Of a stretch of DNA of 64,000 nucleotides, positions 1-12,596 are shown piece by piece. Numbering within the stretch: position 1 is the stretch's first letter; each line of letters begins with the position of its first letter. The position numbers were made by a program, and so were the translations under genes. Under the pieces are notes generated by a model. That model was not told the DNA's origin and searched no databases. It saw only the letters and a program-made list of their open reading frames with translations. The stretch spans positions 230,183 through 294,182 of the forward strand of contig DF236959.1 of assembly GCA_000708835.1 (NCBI GenBank), written 5' to 3'. The DNA comes from Klebsormidium nitens. Taxonomy: Eukaryota; Plantae; Klebsormidiophyceae.

Positions 1-340
1 TCGCTTGTTCAGTTTCGTTCTTGGCTTTCGTACAAGAATGCAAGCAGTAATGAGCTCTTCCTGATCCTGCTAGCGGGTGAGCCTCACTCCTCAAAGCACT
101 TTGTTTCTGGCCCTCGGGCCAGCCCTCAATCGTAGATCTGGTTGTTGCCGCGCAAGCTAGACCCCCTTGGCCCAAGTCGGACCAGTCAACCCGCTGTTTA
201 GCGGGCAAAGTTTACAACGCATTCGACGCTTGCCTTCGCCTTCCATCGACTCCCTACTTTTCCATCAAAGCTCACAAAGCAATATTAGGACGGTGCTTTC
301 CTCTACTGCACCCTTCCCCATCTCAAATCGAACTCTAAAC

Positions 341-3300
341 CTAGCGCTTCTTGACCGACAGCTTGGACGAGATCTTGAAGCGCTTCTTCTCGCGCTTGTC
401 CTTCTCCCACTTGGTCGTGTGCGCCTCGCAGAATGCGAGCACGATGTCCCGCCCGTGCTTGTTTCGCCGGTACTCGATCGCAAACCCGCGCGCCTGCCCG
501 CACGTGACGTGGAACCACCTGAGTCGAGAGTGTTAGCAATGTGGATTAACTAGGTTGGTTATGGCAGTCGCAGTTACCATATCTCAGGTTGAGCAGATCT
601 GAAGTACAATAACGCGACCCTATTACCACGTCACCTTAGAATCTTTTTCGTGATGCAGCCAACGCCCGTGGGACAAGGGAACCGGTAAGAGTGATTACTT
701 TCTTGCACAGTAGTGGACGAAAGCAGTCTTCGATCGCAACTTACAATGGAAGTGAAAAACGACTGCGCCAGTCGTCAAGCTTAGGAGAATAACATCCTCC
801 TGTTGATTACTGCAGCCGGACAAACGGTTCAAGGTGGCTTTAGGCTTTGAGAAGCTTTGCAGCTCTGTAGATTCTTTGAATTCAGACATCTTCTGGAAGC
901 GTATTTCGCCTATACATCTCGTGCGTACACCGCGCTGACGAAGCATTGCCTGTCTCTCAGCTTCAACTAGGGAGACAAATCGGAATGGCACTGCTCTTCC
1001 CCAGCCGTTGCTTTTCAAGAATCTTCAAGGTTCGACCAATCTACGACTCGTTTCCCCCAGCCTTTTAAGCAGGTGTATAATTGATGCAAAGGTGGCCCGC
1101 ATGTTTTCCCGGCCCGACTAAGATGAAGAGCATTCACTGTCGATTCCGGCTAACTCAGAGAGCTCCCTCAATCAAGCGCTCCCTAACAGCCTGAGACGTT
1201 GCGGTCTGCAAGCCACAACCCTTCTGAAACTGAAGTCAGAAGCCCTTCTGGGAGATTCTGGGAGGCCCGAAGGCAAATCACTTCCAAAAGCGAAACCTAC
1301 AGTAATTTCTCAAACCGCATAAAGACTGAAACATCGAAAGACGTCGAGCGGCCGCCTACCTGTCGCACCCCGTCTCGGTGCAGTGCACGCACGCGCCGTG
1401 CCACTCCTCGCACACGTGGCACAGCATGCGGAACCGGACCCGGGGCACGTGCAACGTGTGCACGTAGTCGTTCCCGTTCGGACCGAGGAAGAAGACCTCC
1501 GGGATGAAGAAGCCGCAGCTCAGGTGGGCCCACTGCCAATCAGTGGTACGTTTCATGGCGCCCCCCGCGGAGGGACAGAGAGAGCAGCGGGGGGCCGAGG
1601 GGGAGGGGTGCTCGCACCGCTCACAGAGCCACGTGCCCTGTTGGAAAAGGGGACGGGGCAATGAGTTAGGCTTTTGTGCACTGGGGAGGAGGTATCAAGA
1701 CATCGTGTCTGCAGGCTTGGCTCTTGTCCGCTTCAGAGAGGGCGGGAAGGAGAAGGAAGAAGCCATGCGTTGGATGTGGAGGGGTCAGAGACGATGATTG
1801 TTTGTGGAAACGAAGCTTTCGAACACAGTGGGCTTAGATTTGCCCTGGGCGGGCCCAGAAGATGGTCAAAGGCGTAGGCGTTGCGCGGGTGCGAACGCCC
1901 AGTCAATGCAGCCATAATTGTGGAGTGTCAGTGATGGAAAGCAGGTTGGGTAGCGCAATCAGGGGTCCGGGAATGCTCGAGGGAAACCGCTTTCAAATGA
2001 GAGGTTGGTGGCGAGGGTGCTCAAAGAGATCTGTGTTCAAGCAGCGCTTACTTGAGCAGATGATATTTGGAAGTAAGGAGGTCGAACAGCTTTGCAGGTA
2101 AGAAAAAATGGATAGTGTCTTTGCTGAAAACCTGATGTTTTCAGACTTTGATTACAGCATACCGTACGGTAACACCGATATATGAGCAATACTCCTGCAA
2201 GCCCCACAGGACAGACGTATATACCAGCTTGTTCCAAAAAGGTTCAGACAATCAATCGCATCTTCCACAGAAATGAATCTCTGCAACGAAACATGCACCC
2301 TACTCACACCTTTGATTTGGAAGTGCGACATTTTGACTTCGGTTGCCAACAAGATCTGCTAGTGGTCCAGAAAAGGAGACAATGTGTGGAGTAATAGAAA
2401 ACTGTCAAAATTCTGACTTTGTAACGCTGAAAGTATATTAGAGACACCAAACTTACCTCAGGGACCTCCCTGCTGAGGGGGTAGCCGTAGCAGCTTGGGT
2501 GCACTGCGAGGTCGCACCCGTCGCAGAACACAATTAGGTTCTCTGCAAGTATGAATTAACAATCATGTGAGCGGGCGCTTTGGAGAGTTGACATTATATC
2601 TTGTGATTGTAACGGGCAACAGAAACATAGGGAACCTCAGGACTAAGGCACAGGAGCTGTGCATAGGCTGAGCGCTTGATTGCCTAGATGCATCATCATC
2701 AATGTGAGACTTTGTGGTCTCATGGCCGCCATGATTGATAGAAACTTCCGTGGTGGTCTTGTGACATCCTTTCATTGCAGCTCTTCCAACATGTGTCGTC
2801 CTTTTGTGCCCAACAAATATCTTTCTGACTACCGTATGCAACGCACCTGGCGGTAAGGTTGGAATAGGAACATATCCCTTTTTACAGCAACCTCAAGCTG
2901 TCAAAGAGCGGAGCCTTCAGCCGGTCCGGTAGAAGGCATCTCTGGTATGCGGTCTACGCCAATCTAGTTGAAGCAGCTTTGTTATGCGGACCCAGCAATT
3001 GCTCTTACCTCCTTCCTTATCATGACAGATGCAACACTCTGCCGCTTCCTCCTCGCCGGCCCCTGCCTCCTCCAACCGCAGTCCCACCGACGGCAGCACT
3101 CGCTGCGAAACCCCGTTGGTGGTGGTCGAAGGGCTCGGCAATGCAACATGCCCCTGGCACGGAGACGGCGTGTCCGGGAATGCGAGCTTCTCCTTTCGCG
3201 CCGTAGTTGGGGTGCTATTCTGACCCTGCTTCCGGATTGTTGTCGACGCACCGGGAGTCTGAGCGTGGGGTGTCCGAAACTGGTCCTGAAGCGTCCGAGT

Positions 3301-3672
3301 GTGGTTCTGGGGTGTCCGAAAGGAGTCTCGAGGCGTCAGAAAGGTTGAGTCACGCTGCCCTCCTGTGTCGTGGGAAGAGCTGAGCCTTTCGTGCTTCCTG
3401 CTTGGAGTCGAGATGGACTCCATGTGCGGAGTCCTGGGCACTTTGAAGAGGAACTGCTGAAGGAGAGGGTCAGGAGGGGAGCTCTGCGCATCAGAGGTTG
3501 GGGTTACTGGCAGAAGACTTTGGTCGTTCCGCATCTTCGGGGGCTTGGCTTTGGGAGTCTTGAAGACTGCATCACCAATGCTTTGAGCCGGCAGGCGGAA
3601 CTGTGTCGAGGAAGGAGTAGGATCCTGAGGTGCGGGCTGATTGACTGGCCTCTCAGCCAAGACTCCTTGCAT
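341..3672 (-). CDS. PHD finger + zinc knuckle/extended PHD (PZP, JADE/BRPF/AF10-like) chromatin reader; 4 exons (3672-3009, 2542-2457, 1637-1360, 518-341)
   Basis: GT-AG joined exons give [37 protein letters not shown] (PHD1), then CSLCP..GGAMKRT..WAHLSC..CHVC..GACVHC..C..WFHVTC..FCEAH (zinc knuckle + ePHD), and a K/R-rich tail ending at TAG 343-341. Long S/T/P-rich N-terminus. An in-frame TAA lies just upstream of the ATG at 3672. Confidence 0.85.
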
Positions 3673-4924
3673 GGTTTACGCCTGCGCGAGAACAAGCCAG
3701 CTGTCAACCCACTGTACCACTTAGCCTCCCCACCTTCTCACACTCCGTCTTACACTCCGTTGATCAGCTCAAGCAGCTTCATTGAGTCTCCTTCAAGTAG
3801 AATGAGCTTTTGAGGGTGTCTTTCAGAAGAGAATAGTATCTGCTGGTGTTGGCACCCGCACACTTCAATTATAACGTGCAATTATTCGCACTGCCACTTT
3901 GCGAAAATACCCTAGCGACGCCTGGCGGTAGTTTACTGGAGCTCTCTCTGGTAAGCCACAGTATTGTCCTCCCTCATCAGGCGCAATCACCAAACCACCT
4001 CTCAGGCTCTCACCAGGACTTTCCAATGTCAAATGCTGCTTCAATCTTCTCTTATTCGGTGCTTCGGTGCTTCCCGATCGGGACTCAAGAGTCAGAAACA
4101 GAGTCTGGACTCTGCAGACTGCACAGTGCAGAGTCGACGGAAAAGGCACTTTTGAAATTTTAAAACATGGCGCGAGATTCAAATGCCAGCTCCTTATGTC
4201 ATGCTGCCGTCCGATGAACCGTCTTCGACGTAGACGCTTCCAAGTAGGTATCGGCTACCCGCCAGAGTCAAGTCGCGGGTGAATCTGACAAGTTTCGGGA
4301 GGTGACCTATCGGTCACAAAAAAGGCGATGCCACCTCCGCTTTTTGACGGCCACAGGTCGCACGCGACACTGGCCTGTCCTGATTTATTACGAATTGGCC
4401 GGGCATCGCGGGTTCAAATCCTGGCCGCGCCGCCTTGCAGTGCATGAGTTGTTTCTTTTTCGTGTGTTACCCTCCGAGCCTTCCAGTGTTGGCTATTTCA
4501 TTGTATCATTGCAGGAATATGTGGATTGACTGGATTGAGGTTACTGCTTCACTGCTTTGACGATCTAACTAACTGGGATCCATCAGTTGAAAGGGCTCCA
4601 TTAAGTTCAAGTTGCACGCACGTTGCCCGATCTGGAGTCACATCAGTGAATTTAGTGATGATTCATGATGTCGGGTGCGAAAACGGCAGCCTCGAGCGGC
4701 ACACCATTGTTGCTCGTACCCCCCAGCTGGCAGTCCAAAAGCGTGCCACCTGGCGAGTTGCCAGCTGGCACCCCCAACGGAAGGGATCGCGCAGCGGAAA
4801 GAGGATTGCGTTCGCAATTTGCAGCGTGCTTTTTCAGAATTTCAGCATTGCCCACCTCTCGTCCTCCATGGCTCAGTCTGACTTCTCCAATCACTGGTAA
4901 GATCTAGGCATCCTTTGCTCTGCC

Positions 4925-7900
4925 ATGGGCCAATCTGGTGTAGCCGTCGCGGCTCCCTTTGGCGCCTCTCAGATGGCCACATTGTCAGCTCTCGAGAGCA
5001 GGGTTGACATTTCCATTGGCGCCGCCGCTTGCAGTCAAACCTTTCTGTGTCAGCAACGTTCTTCATCAAAATGCTGGACGGCTAAGAATGTAAGGATCTC
5101 AATTGCTGGCTTCTATGGGCAATTACAAACTCGTTCACTCAAAGGAAGAAAGGACGTTTGTAAGCAAACGTTGGTGCAATGTGGTGGTAGGGGCTACACA
5201 GACTATAAGCAACTGCCCAGTAGAGATCTGGGGAAAAGAAAGAGGTCAAGTAGACAATGCTTTGCTAGTGCTGAATCGGGGCTGATTGGAGCTGTTGCAA
5301 CCGCCCCAGCGCAGCAAGAGCAGCTGGAAGGGGGCGCAGCAATAGGCGAGCAGACTTTCACACTGACAAAAGAGCAGATCAATCAGGTGAGTTGAGCGGA
5401 AACTGGAAAGTTCTGAACAGAGGCAGCAGGATCTCAAATCTCTACATTGTCTGGAAGCAGGCTGAAGGGGCTTTCTGTGCTTTGCTGAAAATGAACAGTA
5501 AACATAAAGACGAGAGACGTTTTAGCAGAAGCTAGTGAGGTTCCCACAAGGCGGCGTCTGTTTCCCTCGAGCGGTTGATACTGTGAAGTCACTGGTCCAG
5601 CGGATAGCTGTGCTGGGTACCTGAGGTGGTATTCGACACAAGCTGCTGCCAATGTGCAACCCCTCTCAAATTGCCAACAACTTTGACAGAAGCCTGTTGA
5701 GGACCTTGGCGGCCAATCACCTTGATAAGCTTGAGTGCAGCTTGGCAGAGCTTCCTGGTCAAGTTCTTTGTCGACTTTGGACCCATGACTGGCTCGGAGC
5801 AAGTTCCTCGGCACGTGTGGTAGCTGTAGTCCATGGTACCAGGAGATCTGAAATGCTTGGGCCGCCAGAGTACGGTGTATCCAGAAGCTTCTCCCTTTGC
5901 CCTTGTTTGACCCCAAGCTTTTCGTTTCATCCACTTTACACCTAAATCTGCTACTGTGTTCAAGCCATTGCAGCTTCTCATGAGGCCTTTCTTTGTACTT
6001 GTTTTTGTGACGGAAGACCACATCAGTACCAACACTTGAACCAGGGACCAGCTCTAAACCTTCAAGCAGCTCATCGTTTCTTCAGCCGGCGAGCCTAATC
6101 ATGGTCAGGATTCACGAAACCAGCGACAAAACCGGACCAGAAAAAAACTTACCCCAACTGCCGTCCCTTGAGAGAACTTGTGAGCATGATAATCTGCTTC
6201 AACTGCATTAAATCGAAGGCTAGCCACTCCCGCTTGACCGAGTATTGCTCCTTCTACAGACCCGACTTGCAACCCGCCCTTACCTGGACTCTGTCTTGGC
6301 CAGCCCCGAGCGCCGGCCAGAATGCACCCCATACCTGCTACAGCATCCCCCCGGGGCGCAAGTCCGAGGGACCGTCCTCTTGTTTCATGGCTTTACTGGC
6401 ACTCCAAAGCAGGTGGGCTCTGATTGCTTCCGTTTTAGACCCTTGTTTTTCGGGCAGATTTCAGAACCAAGAAAAAACTGCACTGTGAGTCCGACTGAAA
6501 GGTGCACTGAGAGCAAGGGACTCAAAAAAGGTCGACATCGATCAAGATAGGCTTCGAGGTTGAAGCGATTCGAGTTTTGTGGAAGAGAACCACGAAACAA
6601 TTCTGAATATAAGTAATGCTTTTTCCAGGACATTAAAAAAGTTGACGCCACTACTGTTGACCGCATCTGGCAGTCCACAGATGAACTCTTTATCCTTCTT
6701 AAAGTGCGTTCAGAGGCGTGAAGTGTCTCCACATCTCGTTGCAGATGTCTGTGCTGGCACGGTACCTCTTTACCGCAGGCTACAACGTGTACAACCCTTC
6801 CCTTGCGGGCCAATGCTATGCGGACACGGACAGGTACTGGCCACGGGTGAGTCCTCGTTCAACCGTCAGTAATTGCTCACAGTCAGTCCTGTCAAGATTA
6901 ACACAGCGTCAGGAGCGCATCCGCGGTTTAATGACTACATGGCTCTCCAAGCAAAAGGGAGCAGTCAGAAATGTTATGACTCCTCCATACTGCTCCAAGA
7001 GGAAGTATCCGAGAGACTCAATCGAGGCCGAACGTCAGCTCCACGTCACTTGTTTGCCAAGAATCGGAAACCCTCGAAAGCTCAATCGCACAATCTGGCT
7101 TGGCTTCTCCAACCTGCTCGGACAGCGCTTTGCGCAACTTAACTCTGCGTGTCTCCAGTCGCCCTCCCGAAGCCCCCTTTCTCGCTTTCGTCGCGCTCAT
7201 TCCTCAATCTGATTCACGAGACCGGTTACCTGTGATGTATAAGACCGTCCGAAGGGCTTCTTCGATGCACTGAGATACGTTCATCATGCGCTCGAAGAGG
7301 ACAAGCACTGTTGCTTTGAATGTTGCTCCCCGCCACTACTCTTCAACGCTGTGGCCAGCTTCTGTGGTTGATCAAGTCTGCTTGTCTCTTTTGGACAAAT
7401 CGATGGTACCACGGAGCTCTAGCTGCCCTATCTGTCCAAAAACGGTCACCTTCACTTGGGTTTCATGACCACAGAACGGTCAAATCAAAAGCTACCACTG
7501 TTACCGTAGACGTCCAAATAATCTCGAATTCTGTTGCCCCCAACAGGATAGACTGACCGCCCCCCCAGCTTTGCCGCCACGTTCGCCAGGCTTTCTGTGT
7601 ACTTGAACCAAATGACGCCAACCAAATGACGCAAACCAAATGACGCAAATCTCGTCATCTCCCGCAAACAGGTCGACCTCCGGTCCGAGTTCTACGACCC
7701 CGTCGCGGCCGCGGCCGCGCGCGACCCCGCGCTCCGCAAGTTCTTCGCGGCGCTCGGCGCGGTGGGCGCGGCCGCGCCCGACGAGCGCCCGCCCGAAACC
7801 CCAAACCTCGTCGAGATGGCGGGCGTCGTCGCCGCGCTGCTGCGGCTCCGCCCGGATCTCGCGAGCATCGTCCAGTGCATCGTGCAGGATGATCATCCGG

Positions 7901-10900
7901 ACTTCGACAAGTATTTCGAGAGCAATCATATGAAGTATTTGGAGCATGCGGAAAAGCGGATGGCGGAGGTGGCGGAGCTGCCGGGGCCGCTGATTACGAT
8001 CGGGTGAGTGGGCGCTAATCTGGTTCTTCTTCTCTTCAAGCAGTGCAGATGTGGCTCCACCGAATGACACTTTCATAACCGCGATCTTAAGATTGATCAC
8101 CACCTGCCAGATGAGAACGACTGAAAGTGGAAAGCTCGAAGCTTGAAATAGCCGGATGCCCATTCTTGAAGCGATCAATCGCCTGTAGGTTTCTGCATTT
8201 GCTGCCTTTAGGGCGTTACTGAGATACGGGAAGAAAGGAGCTGGTAGTCGGAGCGTTACTGGAGTGAGCATCTGTCGATTGTATCACCCACCACAAATGG
8301 CAAATTGTGTGTCTTCCCTCCGATTGCGTCCGAGCTTCATTAGCGATGCTAAAAGGAGTTGTTTGCAGAGATTGGATAATGATTGGCAGCTTTTCAAATA
8401 CTGCTGCGCTTCAAGTAGGAGATCTTAGTCAAATACAACCCGGAGATACGATGCATGCGTGTCGGGGATTTGGACAGCGAATCGTTCCGTCGAACCCCCA
8501 GCCATAATTACTTTCTTACGTAGCAAAGCCACCCAAATAAACAAGCGTTCAAAATTTTCTTCGAGCGTGCTTTGGAGCCCAATATCTCGACTCTGTTCCG
8601 CGCAGGCTGAGCGTCGGAGGCGCCGTCGCCCTCGCGCTCGCGGCCGCGCACCCGACGCGCGTCGCCGCGGTTGTCGCATTCGCGCCCTTCCTGAAAGTCC
8701 ATGGCGAGGTGCGCGCGCAGTACGTCAACCTCGTGGGGCCGCTGCACCTGCGCGAGACGGGGTACGACCCCGCGCTGCAGTTCTCTGTGAGCCGTTGATC
8801 GTGCTTGCTTTGGTATGTCAGCCGTCCGATCTCATTTCGCGAGACGGGCTACAACCCGGAGCTGCAACTTTTTATGAGCCGTCAATCCTGCTTGCTTTGG
8901 AACGTCAGACCTTCCTTGTGACATCTGCGCAAGACGGGCTAAGACTCGCTGCAGTTCTCTTTGAGCCGCCAATCCTGTTTTGCTCAGGGATTATAGTCGT
9001 TAGATTTCGGTTCGCAAGACGGGCTATGAACCCGCGCTGCACTTCTCTGTGAGCCGTTGATCCTGCTCGCTTTAGGGTGTAAGCCGTCAGATCTTAGCTG
9101 AATCGTTTGTGCGAGACGACTTACGACTTGCGGTGCGTTTCTCGTCGAGCCGCCGATCCTGCTCGATTAAGCAGTATGGGTGCAGCCGTTATGCCTTGCT
9201 GTTCGTAAACGGTTGTGATTTTTGGATGCCCACTAGCATACAGGAAGTCTCCGTCAGGTCTGAGCTGCCTCGTGAAGCAGCATTCTGTCTTCCGTGCGCG
9301 TTCTTGGAATGCCTGGAGCTTTTACCATTTCTGTGTTCCTTTCGAGCGGGCTCGCGTACCTGCATGCACGTCCCTGCTTTTGAAGCGCCCAAGCTTTCTC
9401 ATCTTGAGGGGGCCGCTACTGAAACTTTGCTTTAGCTCTCCGCGTGCTAGGCTTTCCTTTTCGCTTGGACTCAAATGGTCCCTGAGATTGGAGCTTCTGG
9501 GTCAGAACTGCCAACACGCTTATGCAGGGCCGCAAAACCTCGAAGATTCATCACAAGATCCTACACTGTGAATACGGGCCACTTCCAGCAGGAGCTTCGA
9601 CGAGCATGCGACTCGAATAGGTTTTGCGTGTCTCTCTTGCTGCCTGTTGGTTGTTGCACAGCAATCAGCCCTTGTCGCACTAAGTTCCTTTCGTAAACAC
9701 AGCTAAATCAGCAAAGCTCACGTGACGCTTACAAGAAAGTCGCAGAAGAAGAGTGCAGAGTTGTCACCGAGCACCGAGTTTACATTCTATCTTTCGTCCA
9801 GGTCGGCTGTTACACGGCCAATCAGCGCTTTGGCCGCACTCTAGTTGCCGCCGAGAGCGTCGACGCGCTCGCGCGCGTGCCCACTTTGCTGGTGCTAACG
9901 GAGAACGAGGACGCTGCTGACGTTGCCGAGAACGAGGCGCTGAGCGCGCGCCTCGCGGCCGCGGACGCGGGAGGCGCGCGCGCGCCCCACTTGCTGCTCA
10001 AGTACGCGGAGGACGCGCGGGTGCCACACCCTATGGTAGGCTGCCACGTGGATCACGTCGTTTCTAGCAACGACACTCTGCCGTTGACTTTTGAAGGTGT
10101 TCGGTGTGTCCATATGTACTGAGTAGTATGGCGTACATCAATCGAGCTTCTCTTTCGATCCGGAAACGTTGTATTTGGTGCTATGAATGCTACTCACAAC
10201 CTCTGGTACTTCCCATCGTTGCTGACCGTTTCGGTCCGCTTCAAATGCGAACACAGAAGGATTGGACGCTCGGCTGGGTTTGCCGATCACGGCAACAAAT
10301 ACCTGCATAGAACTCCCTCCCCGTTGGACGTCAGGTTTAATTTGTTTGTGTTAAAATGGTCAGTTGAGGCTCAGAGAAAACACTTGACACTATATTTTCG
10401 CGCAGGTGGACCCACTGGAGGAGAGCCAGGGCATGAGCAACGCGTACTGGAGAACCATGTACCAGGTACGAAGCGAAAGAGAGCCAGAATTTGTAAAGAA
10501 TGGCGTTTCCGATAGAGATTGCATAAGTAATAGTTGAACAAACGACGGGCGCCATGCTCATCGTCGTCGGATTGCTGAACAGCGGTCTCGTACGAGTTCA
10601 AACACCTCGTTTAATCACAGGTTCCTGATAGCAACACCGAGGTAAGAGCTAAGACAGGATTGCTGTGGATGTTCGTCCCTTTTCGCCCTGATTATTTCAG
10701 GAGAAACAAAGGCGTCAAGTGAGCCCATTTTGTCGTTTAGATTCAAGTGCAGGCCACTGTTCCTGCTTCCCACGTTGTAGTTCTCGCCTCGCAGGCCGGC
10801 TTTCAACGCATTCTGACGAACTGTTCACAGAGATTCAGAGAGTGGATCGAAGTACGGCTCCCACCTTCCATTCAGAGCGTCGCGGTTTCCCTCCACACCT

Positions 10901-11246
10901 CCTCTTCATTCCACGCTAATTTGCCCTTTGCATATTTGATTGATCAATGTCTGTCCGAGAATCATCAAACTCTCCTCATCCGCAGGAGACTCTCCGTTTT
11001 CTTCTCCATCGCGAAATTGACGTCGAGAACTTCCGTTCCGCCGAGTCGTCCCCCGACCTCCCACGGCCACCGGAACCGGAAGCTGCAGTGGCAAACGGAA
11101 AGGAAGAAGTACCTCAAGGCACAGAAAGCGCCACGTCCCGATGGCCGTCAGTGGTATTAGCCCTTGCAATTTTGGCATTCGGCCTTACGATGATTGTGAA
11201 TAGAGAAAAGTGTCTGGTGTTCTTAAAACAGTTGGTGAGCACATGA
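4925..11246 (+). CDS. Alpha/beta-hydrolase (esterase/lipase-like) with probable N-terminal transit peptide and C-terminal TM anchor; 8 exons (4925-5386, 6260-6412, 6745-6846, 7672-8003, 8606-8786, 9802-10035, 10406-10465, 10986-11246)
   Basis: Oxyanion motif GTVLLFHGFTGTP, then LARYLFTAGYNVYNPSLAG, and nucleophile elbow GLSVGG (split by intron 8004-8605). Candidate catalytic Asp in TENEDAAD and His in VPHPM. Hydrophobic VVLALAILAFGLTMIV near the C-terminus. Exon phases are consistent. Confidence 0.8.
7606..7647. repeat. 3 x 14-bp tandem repeat AACCAAATGACGC(C/A) in intron, 24 bp upstream of an acceptor
   Basis: Read directly: 7606-7619, 7620-7633, 7634-7647. Confidence 0.9.
8751..9190 (+). 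repeat. Five degenerate ~85-97-bp tandem copies of exon-5 end + 5' splice site of the hydrolase gene
   Basis: Unit CGCGAGACGGG.TACGACCCCGCGCTGCAGTTCTCT|GTGAGCCGTTGATC recurs at about 8751, 8838, 8928, 9013 and 9110. Confidence 0.85.
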
Positions 11247-12596
11247 AACAAAATGGATCGACGTTCAACGGTTGATGTCCTGACTTGCGTTGACTCACTG
11301 ATTATGAATAGAGCTCGACTTCCCCTGTTATATCTTGCTTATGAAAAGTACCAGTAGAAGAGGACGGTCCCAGCCATCATTGACTGGCGATGACATTGCA
11401 ACACTAAAAGTCGAAATCTTAACTCCAATCTGCGTTAATACATGCAGAAGATAGGACTTGGAGACATTCTGAATTGACCGTCGTGCAAAAGTTGTTTTCA
11501 TAAGCGGATATCAACGTACGTATGCGATCGAATGCTTGAGCTTGTCCACCGTTGAATTTGAATCAGATCACTGTCGGCCCGCCGGCCGCGGCAGCCAACG
11601 TAGACAGGTCGAATCGCGTATCTCAAGCTAGGCGAGCCCGGGATCACATGTGTTATAAAGATTTTGGAGCTAGGTCAGAAACCATGCCGTCCCACTAGCA
11701 GTACTGAGTACGTACTAACTTAGCTTGTATATATGCATGTGAGATGCCGGATATCAACGTACCGTTGTACGTACATGATGGCAGTGGACTCTCGCGGGGC
11801 AAACTTATAAGATCAAGCTCGGCCGGAGCCAGGCCCGCATGGGAAAAGGTAGCTAGCCGCAACGTACCGTCATGAGTACTTACTGGCCATTGCAAGATCA
11901 TGGATACACGTACAATATATGTTGAACAATAATCATATCTTGATCCAAATAAGTAACGATCAATTTGACTTGCGAGCTGATTAATTTCAACGTACTAGCT
12001 GTCGGACCATGTGCATATCGGTGTCCGCGCGTCTCTTTGTGGCAACTCATTTTATCCAGGCTTGAAATGACCGGTTTCAATTGCACAAATGAAGACAATG
12101 ATACAGACGGGCCCCCTGGCAATTCGGCCGCGTCAAAATTGATACGAAGGTCGGACACAAAACAATGCATGCATGATCGTAAGGACACAGCTCAGGCAAT
12201 GAGCGTTCCTGCAGTCACTGCAGGGGCCTCAGCCCAGAGACTCTTGCACTGAGTTGACGTGCTCCTTAGCTCCCTGGCATTGAACTGTTTACCGTTCACT
12301 CGGTTGGGGCGAGATTTGGATCATAGTATGTGCATATGTGGCATTCAAGTTGCAAAGCCTTTCAGTCTGCAGCCGCGCTCGGCCCGGCCTTGCGCCATTC
12401 AGGCCGACTCGGATACTGACGTACGGCACTTCCCCTCTCAGTTACTGAACTTCTTACGTGTGCAGAGAGTGCGCGTCCCTGTTCAACGGTTATCAAAGCG
12501 CGCGGCCCGTTAGCCTGCTGAAGCCTGGTTGTTTCGTCGCAGAAGTATGCTTTTTGTATATGCGACGTCGAATGGGATTGATGCAAGCAGAGGCAT

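Noticed and set aside
4408-4424. T-loop/B-box-like CGGGTTCAAATCCTG suggesting a tRNA or SINE
   Set aside because: No D-arm/A-box, anticodon arm or acceptor stem can be built around it.
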